NCBI GenBank assembly: GCA_011064725.1
Contig: JAAKFQ010000002.1
Coordinates: forward strand, 2,662-66,661
Source of the DNA: Chlamydiota bacterium
Lineage (GTDB): Bacteria > Chlamydiota > Chlamydiia > Chlamydiales > JAAKFQ01
Direction of reading: 5' to 3'
DNA: 64,000 bases
Shown here: piece by piece, positions 55,693-61,503 of the stretch
Layout: every line of letters starts with the position of its first letter
Position numbering within the stretch: the stretch's first letter is position 1
Notes under the pieces: generated by a model
The model's database searches: none
What the model was told of the DNA's origin: nothing
What the model saw: the letters and a program-made list of their open reading frames with translations, nothing else
Made by a program: the position numbers and the translations under genes

Positions 55693-56550
55693 TTAGGGTC
55701 TTGGGTGGAACTGGTCAAATCGATGCATGAGTTTTTGTGATGACACATGCGTATATTTATCTGTTGTTGCAATATTTGTGTGCCCCAACAGCTCTTGAAT
55801 GATGCGTAAATCTGCTCCTCGATCAAGCAAGTGCGTTGCAAAAGAATGTCGAAATGTGTGTGGCGAGATGATTTTTTGAATATCCGCTTTTTTGACATAG
55901 TCTTTAATGAGTTTCCATAAAAAGTGTCTATCTAAAGGTTTGCTTTTTTTATTGACAAACAGATAAAGGCTTTTGTCTTGGCGTTTGTTGAGATAGTGAT
56001 CAATTTGATAAAGCGCTTTTTTGTGAATGGGCACAATGCGCTCTTTATTCCCTTTTCCTATCACTTTGATAAATGTATCAGACACGTTTTCTAATTTTAA
56101 TTGCACAACCTCAGAAGCCCTCAGGCCGCAGGCGTACATGAGTTCTAAAATGGCTAAATCGCGTGCGCCTATAATTTCTTCAGAGTTGGGTGCGTCCAAG
56201 ATTTTTTCCACCTCCTCTTCCGTGAGTATCTGAGGAATGGTGCTCCAAAGTTTGGGGCTTTCAATACCTTTTGCAAGCAATTTAGGCACCTTTTTCTCTT
56301 TTTTTAAAAAGCGAAAAAAGACCTTGATGGAGGCCAACTGTCGCATTAAAGTAGACGGCGCTTTACCTTCCATTTTTTGCTGAGACAAAAATGCGACAAT
56401 ATCTTCATCGTCGGCACTTTCTAAAGCAATCTGTTGCGTTTTAAAAAAAGCAAAGAGCTTTTCACAATCTCTTCTGTAGGCTTCCACCGTATGCATGGAA
56501 AATCCCTTCTCAATTGACAAATAGACCAAAAAGCTATCTAAATATTCCAT
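55693..56550 (-). CDS. tyrosine site-specific recombinase, XerC/XerD family
   Basis: N-terminal SAM-like core-binding domain (FLVYLSIEKGFSMHTVEAYRRD). Catalytic region with ACGLRASEV, HTFRHSFATHLL, LLGHTNIATTDKYTHV. Confidence 0.85.
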   Translation of the reverse strand: MEYLDSFLVYLSIEKGFSMHTVEAYRRDCEKLFAFFKTQQIALESADDEDIVAFLSQQKMEGKAPSTLMRQLASIKVFFRFLKKEKKVPKLLAKGIESPKLWSTIPQILTEEEVEKILDAPNSEEIIGARDLAILELMYACGLRASEVVQLKLENVSDTFIKVIGKGNKERIVPIHKKALYQIDHYLNKRQDKSLYLFVNKKSKPLDRHFLWKLIKDYVKKADIQKIISPHTFRHSFATHLLDRGADLRIIQELLGHTNIATTDKYTHVSSQKLMHRFDQFHPRP

Positions 56551-56584
56551 AGCATGATGTTAAAGGATTTGGTATTATCATAAA

Positions 56585-57286
56585 ATGCGTATCTTAATTT
56601 ATTGTGATGAAGGGGTCGATGCTTTTTCATTTAGGCAAACCTACAAAACGCTAAAAAAAATACTCAAAGCACATTTTGTAGTAGTGAAATCTCATACACT
56701 GCTTGAATATTTAGACAAAGCAGATCTTTTTGTGATGCCAGGTGGACGTGATGTTTTCTATCACAGAGCTCTTCAGGGTAAAAAAACAGATGCCCTTAGG
56801 GAATTTGTAGAAAACGGAGGCAGCTATTTGGGCCTTTGTGCAGGTGCGTATTTTGGATCTAAATCCATTGAGTTTGAAAAAGGACATGTTCATGAAGTGA
56901 TCGAGCAAAGAGAATTGGCCTTTTTTCCAGGCAAAGCTATTGGACCTGCATTGGGTTTGGGAAAATATGAACCGACAAGTTGCAGGGGAGCTGAATGTGC
57001 CCTCATTGATACAAGAATGGGCTCGTTTGGAACGTATTACAATGGAGGGTGCTATTTTGAGGGTTCTTTTTCAAACGCCAAGCCTCTAGCGTATTTTGCT
57101 AAAACAGGAAACGTCGCCATTGTTGAGTGCTCCGTGGGCAAAGGCAAAGCGCTTTTATCTGGCGTGCATCTTGAATATAGCGTAAAAAATCTTACAGAAA
57201 AGCAGCTTGCACACGCTGATATTGAGGTTTTGAAACGAGATGAAGCACTAAGAACTGACTTTACGCACTACCTTCTGTCTATATGA
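56585..57286 (+). CDS. class I glutamine-amidotransferase-like / BPL_N-domain protein
   Basis: MRILIYCDEG..., DLFVMPGGRD and ENGGSYLGLCAGAYF fit the biotin-protein-ligase N-terminal-like (GATase1-fold) domain. The last 11 codons lie inside the left end of MITE copy A3. Confidence 0.6.
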   Translation: MRILIYCDEGVDAFSFRQTYKTLKKILKAHFVVVKSHTLLEYLDKADLFVMPGGRDVFYHRALQGKKTDALREFVENGGSYLGLCAGAYFGSKSIEFEKGHVHEVIEQRELAFFPGKAIGPALGLGKYEPTSCRGAECALIDTRMGSFGTYYNGGCYFEGSFSNAKPLAYFAKTGNVAIVECSVGKGKALLSGVHLEYSVKNLTEKQLAHADIEVLKRDEALRTDFTHYLLSI

Positions 57287-57579
57287 GGGCTGCAAAAAAC
57301 AATCTACGGCGTCTTGCTTCTCATTCAACTTTCATAGAGTTGAATTTCTTAAGCTACCTTGTATCTTGTTCCTTTCGCTCCTCTTATAAACTGATGTTAC
57401 GCGATAAATCCAACTCATAGGAAGGCTGCAGAAGATAATCTGCTTCGTCTTATTCTTCGTCCAACTCTTCAAGAGTTGGACCTCATCACAGTCCTTGCAT
57501 CTTATCCTCTTCGCTCTTCCCCTAAATTGGATTTATCGCGTAACATCAGTTATAAACAGAACTTACTGCGTAACATCAG
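57255..57579. mobile_element. family A MITE-like element, copy A3, interrupted by nested copy A4
   Basis: Left TIR CTGACTTTACGCAC and right TIR GCGTAACATCAG. After removing A4 and one TTATAAA copy, 159 bp remain. Flanking direct repeats are CTAAGAA (57248-57254) and TTAAGAA (57580-57586). Confidence 0.75.
57391..57549. mobile_element. family A 159-bp MITE-like element, copy A4 (nested in A3)
   Basis: TIRs CTGATGTTACGCGATAAATCC / GGATTTATCGCGTAACATCAG. Flanked by a perfect 7-bp direct repeat TTATAAA (57384-57390 and 57550-57556). Confidence 0.8.
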
Positions 57580-57602
57580 TTAAGAATCAGTTTTTAGAAA
57601 GT

Positions 57603-59045
57603 CTATTCTAACTTAGATTTGAGCAAAGTTGTGACAATGGTAGGATCGGCTTTACCTTGCGTTTTTTTCATCACTTGTCCGACTAAAAAGCCAAAGGCGC
57701 GGTCTTTGCCATTTTTAAAATCTTCGATAGATTGGGGATTATCTTCTAGCACCTGATCGACAATCTGAGAAATTTCTTTGGTATCAGCAAGAGGTTTGAA
57801 ATTGGGGTTATTTTCTACAATATGGCGAGGAGAAGTTTTAGGATTTTTTAGCATCTCATCAGCCACTTGCTTGGCAATTTTTCCCGTGATGATCTTTTCA
57901 TCGATCATCTCAACGAGGAGTGCTAAAAATTCGGGCACAATGTCTGTATCTAAAAGCGTTTTTCCACTGGGTTTGAGCCGTCCTGAAAACTCTACCGTAA
58001 TCCAGTTAGCAACTGCCTGAGGGTTTTTGTCATAGCTATTAAGCGCTTGTTCAAAATAATTAGAAAGTTGTTTATTAGAAACCAAAATGGTGGCTGATTC
58101 TTCTGGAATAAAGGTTAAGTAACGTTTGAAGCGAGAGTGGGGGAGTTCGGGAAGATTGTTGAAAATTTCTTGAATGTATTCATCAGAAAGGACAATAGGA
58201 ACAAGGTCGGGCTCAGGGAAAAAGCGATAGTCTGCGGCCGTCTCTTTTTTTCGCATCAGCACATTTTTATGCACTGCGGTGTCAAATCTGTAAGTGCAGG
58301 GAAAAATCACTTCCTCGGGATCTTTTTGAGGATATTTTTCATACAGCTCAATTTGACGATCGATTTCCATTTGAATCGCTTTTTGCAAGAAATTAAACGA
58401 ATTGACGTTTTTGATTTCGACTTTGGTACGCAATCCTTTTTCTTCTTTTTTCTTCACGGAGACATTGCAATCAACTCTCAAAGAGCCTTCATCCATATTG
58501 CAGTCCGAAGCATCGATGTATTGCATGATGTGTTTGACTTGCAAAGCAAAAGCGGCTGCTTCTTGTGGACTGTGCATACAAGGCTCTGAGACAATTTCGA
58601 TAAGAGGCGTACCTGCACGGTTATAATCCACACCAGAGAAGTTGGAAAAATGCTTGAGCATGCCTGTGTCTTCTTCCAGATGGGCGTGGTTGATTTCAAA
58701 GGTTTTTTCTTCTCCGTTTACAAATGCATGAACTTTTCCGCCTAGAATCAGAGGCATGTCATATTGCGTGATTTGGAAGTTTTTGGGAAGGTCGGGATAA
58801 AAGTAGGATTTTCGATCGAATTTGCAAAAAGGAGCGATATTGGCTTCAATAGCAAGGCCAAACTGTACACCTTTTTTGACCACCTCTTCATTCAATACAG
58901 GCAGGGTGCCTGGTTGCCCTGTGCAAAGATAAGAAATATTGACATTGGGTTCATCTCCAAACCGGTTAAAGGAAGGATCAAAAATTTTGGCTTTTGTGTT
59001 GAGCTGCACATGGATTTCGAGGCCAATGACACAGATCCAGTCCAT
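57603..59045 (-). CDS. gatB: Asp/Glu-tRNA(Asn/Gln) amidotransferase subunit B
   Basis: Full-length GatB pattern (VIGLEIHVQL, HLEEDTGM, C-terminal YqeY-like domain). Position in gatCAB order. Confidence 0.95.
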   Translation of the reverse strand: MDWICVIGLEIHVQLNTKAKIFDPSFNRFGDEPNVNISYLCTGQPGTLPVLNEEVVKKGVQFGLAIEANIAPFCKFDRKSYFYPDLPKNFQITQYDMPLILGGKVHAFVNGEEKTFEINHAHLEEDTGMLKHFSNFSGVDYNRAGTPLIEIVSEPCMHSPQEAAAFALQVKHIMQYIDASDCNMDEGSLRVDCNVSVKKKEEKGLRTKVEIKNVNSFNFLQKAIQMEIDRQIELYEKYPQKDPEEVIFPCTYRFDTAVHKNVLMRKKETAADYRFFPEPDLVPIVLSDEYIQEIFNNLPELPHSRFKRYLTFIPEESATILVSNKQLSNYFEQALNSYDKNPQAVANWITVEFSGRLKPSGKTLLDTDIVPEFLALLVEMIDEKIITGKIAKQVADEMLKNPKTSPRHIVENNPNFKPLADTKEISQIVDQVLEDNPQSIEDFKNGKDRAFGFLVGQVMKKTQGKADPTIVTTLLKSKLE

Positions 59046-60508
59046 CAGAGCACCTCCCTATTAGCAAATTCAGGAATGTTGTGCGTGAATTGCGTCGCTT
59101 TTTCGAAGTTGTGAGCAAATTTCAACACACGCCCATCCTTTTTTTGCGGCCCTATGAGCTGAATAGCATAAGGTTTACGGCCTGGAGAAAATCCAGAAGG
59201 GATGGAAGCTGCTGGCAAACCTGCTAAGTTAATAGAAATGGTGTACAAATCTTGTAGATACATTTTCATAGGATCGACAATTTCTCCAAATTCAAATGCT
59301 GAAGAAGGCGCTGTGGGTGTGGCGATGATATCACAAATATCAAACGCACGTCTGTACTGCTCGATAAACAGCGTGCGCACCTTTTGGGCTTTTTTGTAAA
59401 AGGCTTCGCTATGTCCTGAAGAAAGCACATAAGTTCCTAGCAAAATACGGCGTTTGACTTCTGCTCCAAAACCATCATGGCGTGTTTTGATGTAGAGATC
59501 TTCTAAATGTTCGCTAGATTGTCTTAAGCCATAACGGATTCCATCAAAACGGGCAAGGTTGGTAGATGCTTCTGCTGTTGCCAAAATGTAGTAGACAGCC
59601 ACAGCATATTGTAAAAGGTTTAGATCGACTTCTTTGATGGTACATCCTAAATTTTCAAAATGTTTTAAGCTTTCTTCGAAATTACTCCGTACTTTTGGAC
59701 CTAGATTTTCTAGCGATTGCCAGGGCACTCCAATGACTTTGCCTTCGATGGAATCTTCAATTTTGGCAGTAAAGTTTTCTGGCTTATCGAAAAAATTGGT
59801 CGAATCTAGCGAGCAGTGTTTGCTCATCACTTCTGTCATCAAAGCCAAATCTTTTGTGCGTGTTGCTAAAGGGCCAATCACGTCCAATGAAGAGCCAAAA
59901 GCCACAAGGCCATAGCGGGAAACCCTGCCGTAGGTAGGCTTAAATCCTGCGATTCCACAAAACGATGCAGGTTGGCGGATAGAACCTCCTGTATCTGTGC
60001 CCAAAGCAATAGGGCATAGGCGTGCGGCCACAGCGGCAGCAGATCCTCCAGATGAGCCGCCTGGAACACAATTGAGATCCCATGGATTTTTTGTGATATG
60101 GAACGCTGAATTTTCTGTTGAAGAGCCCATAGCAAATTCATCCAAATTGGTCTTACCAATCAAAATGGCATCTTCTTCTTCCAAAAAACGCACGACGCTT
60201 GCATCAAAAGGTGCTGTGTAATTTTCCAAGATTTTAGAGCCACACGTCGTTTTTTGTCCTTTGATGTGGATATTGTCTTTGATAGCGATGGGAATACCGG
60301 CCAACTTCCCAAGCTTTTTGCCTTGTCGACGTTTTTCATCGAGCATTTGTGCTTTTTGCAAAGCTCTTTGATCGAGCACTTTTAAAAAGGCACCCAGCTT
60401 GGGGTCAAATTCTTGAATGCGTTTTAGATAGCATTCTACAATCTCAGTAGCGCTCAATTCTTCTTGGACAAAACGTGTATGGAGCTCAAAAGCACTGTTT
60501 TGATACAT
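59045..60508 (-). CDS. gatA: Asp/Glu-tRNA(Asn/Gln) amidotransferase subunit A
   Basis: Amidase signature GGSSGGSAAAVAA...GTDTGGSIRQPASFCG. Has a 1-nt overlap with gatB. Confidence 0.95.
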   Translation of the reverse strand: MYQNSAFELHTRFVQEELSATEIVECYLKRIQEFDPKLGAFLKVLDQRALQKAQMLDEKRRQGKKLGKLAGIPIAIKDNIHIKGQKTTCGSKILENYTAPFDASVVRFLEEEDAILIGKTNLDEFAMGSSTENSAFHITKNPWDLNCVPGGSSGGSAAAVAARLCPIALGTDTGGSIRQPASFCGIAGFKPTYGRVSRYGLVAFGSSLDVIGPLATRTKDLALMTEVMSKHCSLDSTNFFDKPENFTAKIEDSIEGKVIGVPWQSLENLGPKVRSNFEESLKHFENLGCTIKEVDLNLLQYAVAVYYILATAEASTNLARFDGIRYGLRQSSEHLEDLYIKTRHDGFGAEVKRRILLGTYVLSSGHSEAFYKKAQKVRTLFIEQYRRAFDICDIIATPTAPSSAFEFGEIVDPMKMYLQDLYTISINLAGLPAASIPSGFSPGRKPYAIQLIGPQKKDGRVLKFAHNFEKATQFTHNIPEFANREVL

Positions 60509-60813
60509 TATTCCTCTTGAAATATTTTGGGGATTTTGATCATCCCTCCAATCTGTTCTGGGGCATTTTGCAAAAACTCATCTCGTGTCAAGTTGTTGTT
60601 GGCCTCATCTTTTCGAAAGACATTTTTCATGTCAGGTAGGACATGGTAGCAGGGATCCACATCTTCGATATCAATGCGATCGAGCATGTGTGCATAGGCC
60701 AAGATTTCTTCCAAATCTTTCAAAAACCCACTCAACTCCTCTTCGGGGAGCTGGATCTTACACTGCGATGTCAGGCTTTCTAAAATCTCTTTGTCAATAT
60801 CTTTCATAGGCAT
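60508..60813 (-). CDS. gatC: Asp/Glu-tRNA(Asn/Gln) amidotransferase subunit C
   Basis: About 100 aa immediately upstream of gatA, overlapping it by 1 nt. The acidic helical pattern is typical of GatC. The start is uncertain (ATG 60813 or 60807; the track starts at 60846). Confidence 0.8.
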   Translation of the reverse strand: MPMKDIDKEILESLTSQCKIQLPEEELSGFLKDLEEILAYAHMLDRIDIEDVDPCYHVLPDMKNVFRKDEANNNLTRDEFLQNAPEQIGGMIKIPKIFQEE

Positions 60814-60927
60814 GAAAATAATACAACTGAGAGAAAAAAGCAACAAAAGCTCAATGTGTTAGGATTTTTTTGAAAAAAAGATGACAAAACCTTATATTTG
60901 CGGTATGCAGAGGGTAATACAATAGAA

Positions 60928-61092
60928 ACCTGAGTTTTGAGTTTAGTTTGCTCATTATTATGATGGATGTCTCTTAAATTCTCGGGGTTTTTTGATGTAG
61001 GGAATGGTTAAAGAACTATTTCCAAGGCAAAAAACACAGAGAAGAAAGAGTCATCTACTTAAGAATGTGTGAAATAAACTTAAAATTCAGGT
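60928..61092. repeat. family C inverted-repeat element, copy C2
   Basis: TIRs ACCTGAGTTTTGAGTTTAGTTTG / TGAAATAAACTTAAAATTCAGGT. Shares the TIR core and GAAGAAAGAGT with C1. Confidence 0.55.
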
Positions 61093-61116
61093 TAAAACAA
61101 AAAAAGGAGTTTCGAG

Positions 61117-61341
61117 ATGAAAGCATTAAATGTTCTTGCTCTAATCTTAGTGGTTATTGGAGCGATTAATTGGGGTCTTATTGGCTTTTTCAATTTTGAT
61201 TTTGTGCTCGCGATCTTTGGTGGATCTCATGCATGGGCACGTGTCGTTTACGCTTTAATTGGCTTAGCTGGACTTTGGTCACTAAGCTTTTTTGGTCGCA
61301 TTAACTGCATTTACGGTCACGAGAAAAAAGAAGGCCAATAA
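61117..61341 (+). CDS. DUF378 family small membrane protein
   Basis: The N-terminal ALILVVIGAINWGLIGFFNFDFV matches the DUF378 pattern. AAGGAG RBS. Confidence 0.75.
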   Translation: MKALNVLALILVVIGAINWGLIGFFNFDFVLAIFGGSHAWARVVYALIGLAGLWSLSFFGRINCIYGHEKKEGQ

Positions 61342-61410
61342 CCTGAATTTTTACCATAGTTACTGATGGTTAAATCAGTTAGCTAAAAACACTTTTGGGC
61401 ATCTGTTAAG

Positions 61411-61452
61411 GGGGGCATACAATGCAATCTCTTTGCGAGATGCCCCCTTTTT
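61411..61452. terminator. GC-stem hairpin with T-run, probable bidirectional terminator
   Basis: GGGGGCA (61411-61417) pairs with TGCCCCC (61441-61447), followed by TTTTT. It lies between convergent genes. Confidence 0.6.
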
Positions 61453-61503
61453 ATTCTGTATGTGGTCCAAAAACACCTTCCGGATCTTCTTGAATAGCAG
61501 CTT

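Noticed and set aside
55693-56550. Tyrosine recombinase as a phage or ICE integrase
   Set aside because: Motifs and size fit housekeeping XerC/XerD. No phage or conjugation genes are nearby, and no att-like repeat of the tRNA-Pro 3' end was found by eye. The idea is kept only as a low-weight hypothesis in the findings.
14337-57579. Possibility that the dispersed repeats are a CRISPR array or known structured RNA genes
   Set aside because: The copies are kilobases apart with no regular repeat-spacer periodicity and no cas genes. The sequences do not contain RNase P, tmRNA, 6S or tRNA signatures that I can recognise. TIR and TSD structure points to MITE-like elements instead.
58137-58589. 150-aa ORF on the plus strand
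   Set aside because: It is antisense to gatB, whose identity is unambiguous. Its Phe/Ile/Leu-rich translation looks spurious.
61362-61379. Short palindrome ACTGATGGTTAAATCAGT resembling joined tips of family A TIRs (CTGAT...ATCAG), possibly an excision footprint
   Set aside because: It has only about 6 nt per arm, too short to distinguish from chance in AT-rich DNA, and no adjacent family A core sequence.
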